DNA from: SAR202 cluster bacterium bin87
Lineage (GTDB): Bacteria > Chloroflexota > Dehalococcoidia > Lucifugimonadales > UBA3495
Length of the DNA stretch: 64,000 bases
Assembly (NCBI GenBank): GCA_002238825.1
Contig: MPNC01000017.1
Location: 4,324 to 68,323, forward strand
Direction of reading: 5' to 3'
In this document: piece by piece, positions 1 to 9,585 of the stretch
Position numbering within the stretch: the stretch's first letter is position 1
Layout: every line of letters starts with the position of its first letter
Position numbers and translations under genes: made by a program
The notes under the pieces: generated by a model
Database searches by the model: none
What the model was told of the DNA's origin: nothing
What the model saw: only the letters and a program-made list of their open reading frames with translations

Positions 1-1478
1 GTGACCCGACTCCGCGTGCCGGCATGCCCGTGACTCCACATGACATCGCCCAACGACTGGCCTCCTTCCAACAAGCCTGGCACGACCCGAGTCGCGACCG
101 AGACCACGCCACCCAGCCCGACTTCTCCACCATCGAATGGGCCAATATCGTCAACACCACGAGGCGCAACTGCACCGCCCTGCCCATCGTGCGCATCCTG
201 AAAACTCCGCGCATCTCGGACGACACGGCCATAATCGCCATGACAAATCGCCGCGGACAAAATACCTCGCTGTCGCCTTCTTCAAACCGCTCAGCCACCT
301 CTGTTTCGTGATGCCTCCCCATCACCACCCCTACGCCTTCTACCCCGACGGCATCATGGATCACACATCACTCGCCGGCGTCATCAACACCACGCTCGCA
401 TGCCCCAACCCTTGGGTGCGACGCCCGGAATCACCGACGCTTGCCCTCAACAGTGACGGCTACACGATACCGCAACACCGCGGATCCGCGACGCCGCAAC
501 ACCACGTTTCCACGGATCCACGACTCCGAGTTTCCACGTTTCCGCGACTCCTCAACTCCGCATCTCCACGGCTCTTTGTCACCGTGGCCACGCCGCATAC
601 GACTCGCCCGATCACCATGCCCATCGAAGAACCCTCACCCTACCAACTCGCTCAAATGCTGCGCGACTTCGCCCAGGCCAAAGTCGACCTACACTCCATC
701 GCCGCCGCCGTCACTGCTGCCGGCACACTGCCCGAATACGAAGCCGCCATCTGGTTCGCCAGCTTGCGATCCGGCAACCTGCGCTGCTCCTTTTCCCCCA
801 CCCGATCAGCCACCCTGCACCGCTGACGCCACCGTCGCCGTCTCACAAAACCCAACGACCCCGACGGACAAATCGACTTCTCCTGCCGGCAAAACCTGGT
901 CTACTGCATCACCAAAGGACTCTCACACTCCTGCCCCGTCGGCCACAGAAACTCTACCCTGCGATACCACGCCTTCTCACTGCAGTCCGCCCAACGACGC
1001 CTGCGTCACGCCGCTGACTCCGCGCCAAATAATCACGCCCAGATCCGATACCTCAAAGGCCAAATCCAACGCCGACTGACCTCTCACCCGCTACTCACTA
1101 CACCAAGTTAGACCGTCATGATCCTTCCGTCCTGCCACTGCACCGCCATCCAGAACCCAGGCCCTCACCACCCCCACTGCCCCGCCGTCGCCGAGCCCCA
1201 GCCCCTCGACCAGACCCAAGCCTCGGCACACAACGCCTACACCCAACACTTCATCGCCCACAACATCGCACGCGCCATCGTCTTCCTCAAGAACGACGAC
1301 GGCTCCTCCTTTTCTCCATCCTGGCCGCCCACTTCGACCCCGCATAACCCCCTTCAGGCCCTGCCCTCAGCCCAAATGGCCCATGACGCCCAATGTACAC
1401 ACATTCCTGCCTGAGTAAGTAGCGTTCCTACTTCATCCCCCGTGACGGGACGGCCAGACGGCCGTCCCGGTGCCCAAC

Positions 1479-1605
1479 GTACATCCGGGCAAACTTACCA
1501 CCCCCCACTGTCCCGTAATGCGAATGATTGCAATAAGAGCCGTTTTTGGCCGTTTTGCGGGGATCAGTGTACATCCGGGCAAACTTACCACCCCCCACTG
1601 TCCCG
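1479..1605. repeat. two perfect 37-bp direct repeats (1479-1515 and 1569-1605) separated by 53 bp
   Basis: GTACATCCGGGCAAACTTACCACCCCCCACTGTCCCG read twice in the same orientation. Confidence 0.9.
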
Positions 1606-1630
1606 GAAAAAGATGACACAAAAAGCGTCC

Positions 1631-1652
1631 AAAAGGGCAACAGCCCTTTTTT
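1631..1652 (+). terminator. intrinsic-terminator-like hairpin
   Basis: AAAAGGGC-aaca-GCCCTTTT followed by TT. The A-run before and T-run after mean it could act in either direction. Confidence 0.45.
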
Positions 1653-2364
1653 GCGCGACACCCACGACCAAGGTCGTGTTCTATGCAGAACCGTGTTGGA
1701 GTGAGACAGGATTGGGTGAGTGTCGACAGGGGTTGGGTCGGAATTGGCGGCGGTGGGAGTTGATTTTGGAGCGGCCGTGACCGGGCCGCCCATGGCGGCT
1801 GCGCAAGCGGAGTCATGCTCTACACAGGCCCAAAGCCTGCCGCCTCAGACGACGCTCACGATATGGAAATGTCCGGCACGCCGGCCACAGAAGCAAGCCT
1901 TCCGGCAACCGAGAACCGAAAAGGAGGACCATCAGAATGATCAGCAGATTGCACAACTGGCGCGGCCCCGCAAGGTGATGATCTCCGCCGCCATCGCGGG
2001 GGCGTTCCTGCTCTCGGCAACCCTGGCCCTCGTCCTGAACAGCCAGGGCAACTCCGGCGAGCGGGTGGTGGAAGCCGCCAGGCCGGGTCAACCGGCAGGT
2101 GGATGACACCCAGGATGCCCTAACCGAAATCAGGGAACACATCCCCGAGGAACACCGGCTGCAGGCCGCCCCGCCCACGAACCACGAGCAGCAGCAAACG
2201 AGTGGATCGATGCCGCCGCAGCCCCAGCCGCCAGCGTCCGCCGGCAATCCGCCAGTCACCGGCGACGGCGCGTCACGGACTGCCGGCGACAGCTGCCCCT
2301 TCGCGGCGCCCCACCATTTTGCGCGGCAATTTGTCGACTTCCTGAAGCCACGAATGAAGCCGGC

Positions 2365-2522
2365 CGCGTCGCCAGGAGCTCATCCAAACATGCGGTATAA
2401 TGTTGTTAGCCTGCATCTTATAAATGACGTCATCATGCCCGATCGCGTCGCCAGGAGCTTGTCAATAGATACAGAATAATATTATTATACAGCATCTATT
2501 AAATGACGCCAGCGCCGCCAAC
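2365..2522. repeat. degenerate ~79-bp tandem duplication just upstream of the recombinase gene
   Basis: CGCGTCGCCAGGAGCT occurs at 2365 and 2444. GCATCT(TA/AT)TAAATGACG occurs at 2413 and 2492. Both pairs are 79 bp apart. The stretch is AT-rich and has TATAAT at 2396-2401. Confidence 0.7.
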
Positions 2523-2531
2523 GGACTGCCC

Positions 2532-3521
2532 ATGACACCCTCCATCGGACCGGAGAGACCCTCCCATCAGCCTGTGATTCCTCCGAAAGCGGAGGCTCGT
2601 GATGAGCGCGGAGCCGAGCTCTTGAGGGAAGCCCTGATCGGAACCGTGAATACCAGGAACACCTATATCGCCCGGTGGCGTTCGTTCACCGACTGGTGTG
2701 ACTCAACGGGCCTCAGTCCCCTGCCAGCCAGCCCCGATACCGTGATTCGTTACCTGGAGGCCCTCGCCGGTTCCACGTCCAGATCCACCTCCAGCCCCAG
2801 CTTCGCCACGCTTCGCCTCGCCGCCTCCGTCATCACGAAGGTGCACGAATTGGCGGGGTATCTGTCGCCCTGCAAAAACCGGAGCGTGAAAGAAACCTTG
2901 AAGGGATTGCAGTTCCAGTTGGCCAAACCCAGGGCCGAGGTCGGAGCGCTTACCCCCAAAAACTGCTGCGGGATTTTGTCAGCTGCGAATGTACCTCGCG
3001 ACCGTGGTCGCGGCCAGGAAACGTGGGCGCGCGTGGGCCAGCGGGGCCGGTTCGACGTTGCCCTGGTGCACGTCCTGTCCGAGGCCGGCCTGAGCGCGGC
3101 CGAGGCGTCGCAGCTGACTTGGGGCGACGTGCAGCGCTGGGACGACGGCAGCGGACGCATCACCGTGCCCGGCTCCCTGACCGGCGTCTGGACCGAGGAG
3201 GCCATCGTGGCCATCACCGGTAAAACCATGGAGGCGTTGGACGCCATACGCCCGTCTGAGTCGGCCAGCGATGTCAGGGTGTTTGGCCTTTCGGCGTCGC
3301 AGATCGTGAGGCGGGTGAAGGCGGCCGCCAAGGAGGCCTTGATTAAGAACTGGCAGGCTTTCAACGGAAGCAGCGGTCGGGTCGGCTTGGTCATGCGGCT
3401 GACCGAAAAGGGAGCTCCCGAGCATGTGGTCGAGCGGCAGGCCCGCAGGATGCAGCGCAATGGCATCGTGGGCCGCTACACGTCCGGGGAATGCGCCGCG
3501 GAAGCGCTGCAGTACCTGTAA
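2532..3521 (+). CDS. Cre-like tyrosine recombinase paralogue with degenerate catalytic residues (probably inactive)
   Basis: 329-aa ORF colinear with the paralogue at 9644-10627 (TYIARWRSFTDWC...VIRYLEAL; C-terminal GRYTSGE...LQYL). The aligned catalytic positions differ: GLSAAE vs GLRRSE, PGSLTG vs RSKTD, GSSGRVG vs GHSGRVG, ARR vs GRW. Confidence 0.75.
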   Translation: MTPSIGPERPSHQPVIPPKAEARDERGAELLREALIGTVNTRNTYIARWRSFTDWCDSTGLSPLPASPDTVIRYLEALAGSTSRSTSSPSFATLRLAASVITKVHELAGYLSPCKNRSVKETLKGLQFQLAKPRAEVGALTPKNCCGILSAANVPRDRGRGQETWARVGQRGRFDVALVHVLSEAGLSAAEASQLTWGDVQRWDDGSGRITVPGSLTGVWTEEAIVAITGKTMEALDAIRPSESASDVRVFGLSASQIVRRVKAAAKEALIKNWQAFNGSSGRVGLVMRLTEKGAPEHVVERQARRMQRNGIVGRYTSGECAAEALQYL

Positions 3522-3629
3522 TCGCACTGCCACGCCCTTCGCAACGCGCTCGACCGGGACCCGTTCCACCACTTGATGCTCACCGCCGACCACCTCACCA
3601 TCGCGGTGGGTAATGGCGCCGGCGGGGAG

Positions 3630-3680
3630 CCTCCGTCGACGTCAATCCTCCGTCGACGTCAATCCTCCGTCAACGTCAAT
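3630..3680. repeat. 3 x 17-bp tandem repeat CCTCCGTCGACGTCAAT
   Basis: Copies at 3630-3646, 3647-3663 and 3664-3680 (one G>A change in the last). Each contains overlapping GTCGAC/GACGTC palindromes. Confidence 0.9.
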
Positions 3681-3908
3681 GATGAGAGGCGGCAATGCGG
3701 CGTTGACGTACCCGGTGTCGTCGGGCAGGAAGTCCGCGTGGTGTACCGACATGTCGATGCGGCTGGTGGTTTCCGCGGTGATGAAAACGTGGGCGCCGCG
3801 CCATGATCGGGGAGGCCAACGATTCGGATGCCCGACCATGGATCCGCCGCACGTGGACGTCCGGATGCCCACTGGGCCGCCAGGCATCCCCAGCCAGGAC
3901 CATGATCC

Positions 3909-3944
3909 GGGCATGGAGCCGGGCATGGAGCCGGGCATGGAGCC
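3909..3944. repeat. 3 x 12-bp tandem repeat GGGCATGGAGCC
   Basis: Three perfect adjacent copies read directly. Confidence 0.9.
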
Positions 3945-4642
3945 GGGGACCCGTTCGGCTCCGTGATCTGGTCTCTTCGAGGGTCAATGCGATGTGTCGC
4001 GTCTCCGCGCCGGCCTTCATGCCGGCTCCGGTGGAACACCGCATGGTCGGCGGTCTCGTCATGGTCTGCCAGGATGTGGCGTGGCGTCGCTGATGGTGAG
4101 GCGACAAACCGGATATGACGCTCTGATCCACCTGTCTCCGGGGATGCCGGCGCACCCAGGGCGCCGCCATCGGTCGCCGATAGATGGGTTGGGCAGACGC
4201 TTCGCATCCGCCGTCCCATTCAACCCCACGCTGGCGGAATCCTGGCGACACAACACGGATGGGCGTGAAAAGGACCATGTGACCTCCGCGATGATGAGCA
4301 AGGCTGCGGGCGGAATGGCAGCCAACCGGTTGCATGACCGTACGGCCAGGATGGGGCGAAGTTCGATTGCGGTAATGCAGGTGCACGTCGCCGCCATGCC
4401 GGCCCACGGCGAGCGCCGGCTGCCCATCTTCAACACCGTGGACTTCCGGCCCTACGGAGGCCGCATTGAGCCGGCGGTTTCCTGAGCAGGTCCGGTCACA
4501 TTGCCCATCCGCTCGGGATACAATGTCGCTCCACCGGTCGGAGGTGTCATGAGAATCGAGGCAAGGCGGCGATCCTCAGACGCCGCACCGGCGGAGATGA
4601 ACGCCGGTTGCATCGCCCGAGGTTGATCAGGAAGGTAACCAA

Positions 4643-5500
4643 TTGGAAGAGCGCGCCAACGGCGTCCTGATCGCCATCGACTGGGAGAACATCCGCCGCG
4701 GCGCGTTGATGTACCAGACGGCGGTGACTCCTCAGGCCGTCGCCCAGGCGATGATCGCCGTCGGCCGAATCTTCGGAGAGGTGCTGGGCGGGAAGGCCTT
4801 CGGCGACTGGAGCCTCCGGCCCGAGGACGGCCGGGCGTTTACCGAGGCCGACATCACGCTCTACCACGCGCCCCGCACCATGGCCGGCAAGGACCGGTCC
4901 GACCCGTCCATCCTGCTGGAGGTCTACGACTGGGTTCGCGACCGTGAGGACTGTGGGTTCATCATCCTGGGTTCGGGGGACTCGGACTACCAGGTCCTGG
5001 TGGACCGCGCACGGGCGCGGGGTCGCCGGATCATACTGTGCGCCTTCAGTCAGGCCGTGGGCCGCGAGATGCTCGCTGCTGCGCCGCTCTTCCCGCTGGA
5101 GGCGGAGTTGGGAATCCACCTGGCCGAACACGGCGACGTGGAGGTCAGGACCGACGCACTGCAGGGAAACGTGTCGTCATCCGGCAACGACGTGGCCCTC
5201 GACACCTTCATCACGGAGATGGATCGTCTCGAGGAACGCATGAACTTCGTGGGCTACAGCATGCTCTGCAACCAGTGGATGCTGGAGTGGGGCATGGGCT
5301 GGAACGAACACGAATGCCGCAGGATGGTGGACGACCTGGTGCAGGCCGGTGTGGTGGAACGCCACGACGTGGTCAACCACAACAACCCGCAGTTTCCCAC
5401 CGCGGCGGTGCGGCTGGTGCGCGCCAATGAGACCGTGCGGAGCGCGTTGGGCTTGAATCGGCCGCCCATCAGCAACCCCGTCCTGCTGCCGTCAGGTTGA
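4643..5500 (+). CDS. NYN (LabA-like) domain protein
   Basis: 285-aa ORF with a TTG start preceded by GGAAGG. N-terminal VLIAIDWENIRRG ... FIILGSGDSDYQVLVDRARARGRRIILCAF is the NYN/LabA pattern. The C-terminal half is unassigned. Confidence 0.7.
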   Translation: MEERANGVLIAIDWENIRRGALMYQTAVTPQAVAQAMIAVGRIFGEVLGGKAFGDWSLRPEDGRAFTEADITLYHAPRTMAGKDRSDPSILLEVYDWVRDREDCGFIILGSGDSDYQVLVDRARARGRRIILCAFSQAVGREMLAAAPLFPLEAELGIHLAEHGDVEVRTDALQGNVSSSGNDVALDTFITEMDRLEERMNFVGYSMLCNQWMLEWGMGWNEHECRRMVDDLVQAGVVERHDVVNHNNPQFPTAAVRLVRANETVRSALGLNRPPISNPVLLPSG

Positions 5501-5841
5501 TCGTCGCTGCTACTCCCGGAGCTTCGGCAGAATGCACAACGCGCTTCATCCTTATTGCTGATCCTGCGTTAGCGTAGCGCGCGGATTCGTCAATCGGTGG
5601 CCTTTAGTTTGGAGCGGCAAAGATTGGAACCAAGCCGGTACGGGTCCGGAGGTTAATTGATCCACGTAATGGATGTTGGGCGAAACAAATCCAGTATCGG
5701 TAACGCCAATGTAAAACGATAGAACGTCCACTGTCAGCGTTATGAGCCGGCCCCAAACTGTGCCTGCACTTGACGTTGTGTTGTAAGGCCCTGTTGATCA
5801 TGGGCGGCCGTAGCCAAATGTAAACCTTGGAACCGGTGTCG

Positions 5842-6216
5842 TCAGACGTTTCTTCTACCAAGGACCTCCTCAAAATCCTGCGGAGTCGGCGGGAATATGT
5901 GGAACCATCTGTAATTGAATACACGCTCACGGTCCTGGTCTGTGTCCTGTAGAGCGTCCGCCAGGCCTGCTCCTGGCTTTCCTGTTTCTTGGTTGACCAC
6001 TAACACGGTCAGTGGCGGCAGGCTGTTGGCCTGGCAGTAAAGCATGACCGGGTCTAGGAGACCGGACATGAACTGGCCAGCTCCTTGGTACCCCAGTTTC
6101 TGGGCAAGAGCATTGTAGGTCGTAGTTTGCCGGTTGGCAGCCATCGCGATGAGTATCTGCCAGATCTGCAAGGCCCGGTTAGGTTGTGTCGACTCTTCCT
6201 TAAATCGTCTTACCAT
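5842..6216 (-). CDS. hypothetical protein, possible winged-helix DNA-binding fold
   Basis: 124-aa ORF in a lower-GC patch (TTYNALAQKLGY...LPPLTVLVVNQETGKPGAG). No family recognised with confidence. Confidence 0.45.
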   Translation of the reverse strand: MVRRFKEESTQPNRALQIWQILIAMAANRQTTTYNALAQKLGYQGAGQFMSGLLDPVMLYCQANSLPPLTVLVVNQETGKPGAGLADALQDTDQDRERVFNYRWFHIFPPTPQDFEEVLGRRNV

Positions 6217-6274
6217 GCTCTCCCTCTCGAGCAGATCGCATAGCCTCGGACACTCGATATGTTCTGGTCATGAT

Positions 6275-6412
6275 TCACACCCTACCTTTCCCCGATGTCC
6301 CCAGGTACCGCGGGTTGACCGACAAGTACTCTTGCGACCGGTGGCCCTTGACCCGGTTACAGTGAGCACACAACATCAGCAAGTTCTCGATGTTGTATTG
6401 ACCACCGCTGCC
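6275..6412 (-). pseudogene. 3' remnant of an HNH endonuclease gene
   Basis: The minus-strand translation is GSGGQYNIENLLMLCAHCNRVKGHRSQEYL...GRV*, which is the terminal N...CxxCN..K part of an HNH motif. An in-frame stop lies immediately upstream, so only about 45 codons remain. Confidence 0.5.
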
Positions 6413-6448
6413 TTATTGGACCAGGTTCAGAACCGTGCTGCTGGAAGG

Positions 6449-6952
6449 TTATGGATTTCGACGCGATGGCGGCAGGATCAGGTCCTCAACCTCGACTCCC
6501 AGGGTCCGTGCGATTGCCGTGAGGGTCTCGGTTCGCGGGCTATGCTCTCCATTCTCAATGCGGGTGAGCGTTACCCTGCCGATCCCCGCGCGGGATGAAA
6601 GGTCCGCCTGGGTCAAACCCGCCGCCTCACGACGCTCCCGGATACGCCCACCCAGACTCGCGCGCGCCTGCCTGGCCTGAGCCTCTATCCGCGGTCGGTA
6701 GGTCGGATCGCAGTAGTGGCGGGCGAAGTCCCAGGGGATCTCGGACAGATCGCCGCTAACCGTGATCAGGATCATCTCATACGGCGTGGGCAGTTCCAGG
6801 CCCTTGAGACCGTCGCCCTTCGCAACTTCGGGCAGGTCACTGAACGGGATCAGGCCGGAGCATCCATCCACGAAGGTGAGCTCGATTCCCTCGTCCAGCA
6901 CAGAGGCGGACGACATCATGCGGTCGGCGTTTTTCACCAGCGTCGTGGCCAT
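6449..6952 (-). CDS. DUF2442-like domain fused to an XRE-family HTH
   Basis: 167-aa ORF. The C-terminal LGGRIRERREAAGLTQADLSSRAGIGRVTLTRIENGEHSPRTETLTAIARTLGV is a classic XRE HTH. Its start lies 7 nt after the stop of the DUF4160 gene. Confidence 0.7.
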   Translation of the reverse strand: MATTLVKNADRMMSSASVLDEGIELTFVDGCSGLIPFSDLPEVAKGDGLKGLELPTPYEMILITVSGDLSEIPWDFARHYCDPTYRPRIEAQARQARASLGGRIRERREAAGLTQADLSSRAGIGRVTLTRIENGEHSPRTETLTAIARTLGVEVEDLILPPSRRNP

Positions 6953-6958
6953 TGTTCC

Positions 6959-7201
6959 TCACCTCGCGTGAATTCGGAACCACTCTTCCCGGATGGCGGC
7001 CGCGTGGGCGTCGAATGCCTCGAGGATCGCACGGTAATGCCCGGGCGGCGGCTCATGGGAATATTCGCCGTTGTCCAGGAGGATCCGTGCCCAGTCTTCA
7101 TTCCCGACGCGTACGTGGACGTGGGGCGGCTCAAAATCAAACTCCCTGGTGCGGATGACGAATTGGTACTGGCCTACGATGGCCACCGTCGGCATATCCA
7201 T
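6959..7201 (-). CDS. DUF4160 domain protein
   Basis: 80-aa ORF with the FEPPHVHV signature. Paralogous to 11926-12162. Confidence 0.7.
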   Translation of the reverse strand: MDMPTVAIVGQYQFVIRTREFDFEPPHVHVRVGNEDWARILLDNGEYSHEPPPGHYRAILEAFDAHAAAIREEWFRIHAR

Positions 7202-7239
7202 CTCCAGGAAGCCTGAAAGTCCAGGTCGCGCCGTCGCAA

Positions 7240-7260
7240 TTGTATCACGATGTGATACAA
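7240..7260. promoter_or_regulatory. perfect 9-bp inverted repeat, candidate operator of the DUF4160 / HTH-DUF2442 operon
   Basis: TTGTATCAC-gat-GTGATACAA lies 39 bp upstream of the 7201 start codon. Confidence 0.4.
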
Positions 7261-7385
7261 CTCTCGCCAGGGCCTCGTGCGGTTGGTAACCGGTGAGTTA
7301 TGCACCGTATGTTGGTTTGCTTCGGTTGCCCGCCCATCGGCTTTGTCCCATAACTACCGGTTTCGGAACAGGAACCACCTCTGCC

Positions 7386-8372
7386 CTAATGCACCTCCAC
7401 GTATGACCCTGGCAGGTTGCCGGGTCGGTAGCCGTTATCGGAGTCGGCCATGCGTTGCAAAACGCTCCGATGAATCTTGGCGCCGTCCGGAATTTGGCGG
7501 TCCTTCGCGCCCAGCCGCCATATATGCTGATCAGACCGTCGTGTCTCCCCTGAATGGTCGGCGTTCAGAGACTCCCTCCAGTCGGGTCTCAGTTTCAATC
7601 CCTTGTCCTCGGCGTGGCGCAGCATCCATTCCAGCGTGATGTCGGAGATGCGCCGGTCGGATTCCTGTCCTCCCACGTCTCCGTGGCATCCGGGGAACCA
7701 CACCTGCTCGATGGTCTGGCCGGCGGGCAGATCGGTCTCGTCCCACTGCGAAACCCTGAAGTGGCGGCGTCTTTCATCCAGGGCCAGCGCCTGGTATCCA
7801 TAGGTGACATCGTGGTTCAGACGGTTGTTGGAAAACTGTTTCCGCCTCACCCATCCGATCGAGGCCACGGTGTCCCATACGCCGATGAAGTGAGGCCTGC
7901 ACTGGCGGGAGAAACTGCGCTTGAACCCAGCGGCGATTTCATCGTTGCCCGCGCGGCGGTAGATGGAGGTCATGTAGGGGACCAGGTTCTCGCTCCCTCT
8001 GGTGAGCAGACCGCACTTGTGCAACATGCCGGCCAGCACCCGGACGGTGTGAGCGCCCCGGCTGTACCCAAACAGGTAGACCTGGTCCCCTGGCTCGTAG
8101 CCGGCCATGAGGTATCGGTAAGCTTCCCTGACATTCCCGTTCAGACCCTCGCTGGTTATCCCCATGCCGGACGCCGACGCGACCAGCATGTCCAGCAAAC
8201 CGATGGTCCCGTTCCGCAACGGACTGTGGGTTCCGACGCCCGGGTCGTAGTAGGAGATCTGCTCCGGACCATCCGGACCCAGACGCTCGAACAGGCGCAC
8301 TATGTTGGTGTTCTTGTCCGGGGCGTCGTACTTGCCCCGCGTGCCGTCGCAGCAAATTACGATTCTTTTCAT
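7386..8372 (-). CDS. DUF2235 (Tle1-like) alpha/beta hydrolase
   Basis: 328-aa ORF. It has IVICCDGT...NTNIVRLF, the nucleophile-elbow-like YLFGYSRGAHTVR, and FIGVWDTVASIG. Confidence 0.7.
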   Translation of the reverse strand: MKRIVICCDGTRGKYDAPDKNTNIVRLFERLGPDGPEQISYYDPGVGTHSPLRNGTIGLLDMLVASASGMGITSEGLNGNVREAYRYLMAGYEPGDQVYLFGYSRGAHTVRVLAGMLHKCGLLTRGSENLVPYMTSIYRRAGNDEIAAGFKRSFSRQCRPHFIGVWDTVASIGWVRRKQFSNNRLNHDVTYGYQALALDERRRHFRVSQWDETDLPAGQTIEQVWFPGCHGDVGGQESDRRISDITLEWMLRHAEDKGLKLRPDWRESLNADHSGETRRSDQHIWRLGAKDRQIPDGAKIHRSVLQRMADSDNGYRPGNLPGSYVEVH

Positions 8373-8397
8373 GATCCATTCCCGGTGAGCGGTTCAG

Positions 8398-8625
8398 CTA
8401 CTTATCGTTCATCAACGTCGTCCCCAGGCTCGATAATGCCGTGATCCCCACCGGCAGCAGCCCCACGAGCGCGCCGGTGACAAATTCCGAAATCTCATCG
8501 GTCGTGATTGCCAGGTAAACCAGATAGCCGATTCCCCCGTTCAGTATCGCGATCAAGAGCGCGATGACCAACAGGTTCACGCGCACGGGCGTGAACCAAC
8601 GGCGTTTCCCTGATTCCTCTGCCAT
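8398..8625 (-). CDS. small two-TM membrane protein
   Basis: Only the last 75 codons of the 358-aa ORF look real. The start MAEESGKRRW is preceded by AAAGGAGG. There are two hydrophobic segments. Confidence 0.5.
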   Translation of the reverse strand: MAEESGKRRWFTPVRVNLLVIALLIAILNGGIGYLVYLAITTDEISEFVTGALVGLLPVGITALSSLGTTLMNDK

Positions 8626-9005
8626 GACGATGCCTCCTTTTCCGGCGCCGCTCGTCAACCTCGACCAGGACGCAGCTGCCCTCACCTGGCCCGAGCAGTC
8701 CCCGGTGTTGATGCTTCTGCAGGGTTGACTGCCTCGCAGGTCCCGTCGGTGTGGGATGCTAACCCATGCGACCGCGACGGCGCCGACCACGCCACTGCGA
8801 GCGGGCCGAGCGACAGGTTGGCGAGCCCACAATAACGGGCACGAGTATAGTGCCCATTGGGTTGATATCTTCCACCTTGGCCATGCCGACCAGGACCATG
8901 TCTTGATGGTCCTGATCTCCAGGACATTCAGTGAGGTTTGGAACCGGTACCGGGCGCTGGCGTACATCACCCGTTGGCCTCGGCGCCAGGCATGCTCCGC
9001 AATGT

Positions 9006-9203
9006 TCACTCCCGGGATACGGACACCACCGGCCCCGCGCCGGCCCTGACCTCGGTGATGACGCCGGCGGCCACCGCAGCCCTGATGATGTGATGGCGGC
9101 AGTAGTCCTGGCCGGCGATGCGGTAGAGGGTCTTGACGTAGACGGTGTGGGGAGCGCGCACGGGCGGCTCCAGCTCGGCGCCGCAGACAACGCACCTGGA
9201 CAT
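9006..9203 (-). CDS. small Cys/His-containing hypothetical protein
   Basis: 65 codons from MSRCVVCGAELE, preceded by GGAGGTG. It is divergent from the recombinase at 9644. Confidence 0.45.
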   Translation of the reverse strand: MSRCVVCGAELEPPVRAPHTVYVKTLYRIAGQDYCRHHIIRAAVAAGVITEVRAGAGPVVSVSRE

Positions 9204-9308
9204 GGTTCTCACCTCCGGAGGTCTGGTTCGTTGCCGGAAGTGTAGTGGGCCGCCCCGAGGCTCGTTTTGTTCCCTTCCCCGGACAGCTGCCGGGTCGTGG
9301 ACTGGTTT

Positions 9309-9416
9309 CCATTGCATAACAATGGAGACCAATGCATTGGATACCAATTGATTCCACCTCGAATGCATTCCAATGGACAGGTATGGATACCATTGGAATG
9401 GATACCAATGCATTGG
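9309..9416. repeat. cluster of palindromes and TGGATACCA repeats
   Basis: The perfect 12-bp palindrome CCAATGCATTGG occurs at 9329-9340 and 9405-9416. CCATTG-cataa-CAATGG lies at 9309-9325. TGGATACCA occurs three times (about 9338, 9384, 9399). CATTCCAATGG and CCATTGGAATGG form an inverted pair. Confidence 0.85.
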
Positions 9417-9585
9417 TTGCCGTGGGCGCCGATGCGGCCCTGAGCGTGGTCACGGGGCGCGACCGGATGGTCACGGCGGGGCCGGCGGTATAAAACCCGC
9501 CATCGGGGGGCCTTTCAGCCCGCGGTGGTCAGGCAAACGACGGTGCAAGTGCCCCTTGCGCCCATCTTGCGCACATTTATTCGCC

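Noticed and set aside
24-1414. Individual forward ORFs 24-311, 137-826, 441-1079 and 1118-1414 as genes
   Set aside because: Extreme C-richness suppresses stop codons in all forward frames, so ORF length is not evidence. This is reported as a compositional finding instead.
1479-1605. The 37-bp direct repeats as a CRISPR array
   Set aside because: There are only two copies, the 53-bp spacer is long, and there are no cas genes or further repeats in the window.
5604-5930. 108-aa minus-strand ORF
   Set aside because: It overlaps the 3' end of the better 5842-6216 ORF in another frame, and its composition is implausible.
8626-9474. Upstream 283 codons of the 358-aa minus-strand ORF 8398-9474
   Set aside because: The sequence is R/P/G/A-rich low-complexity text that runs through the palindrome cluster and over the better-supported 9006-9203 gene frame. 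Only the last 75 codons have an RBS and membrane-protein character.
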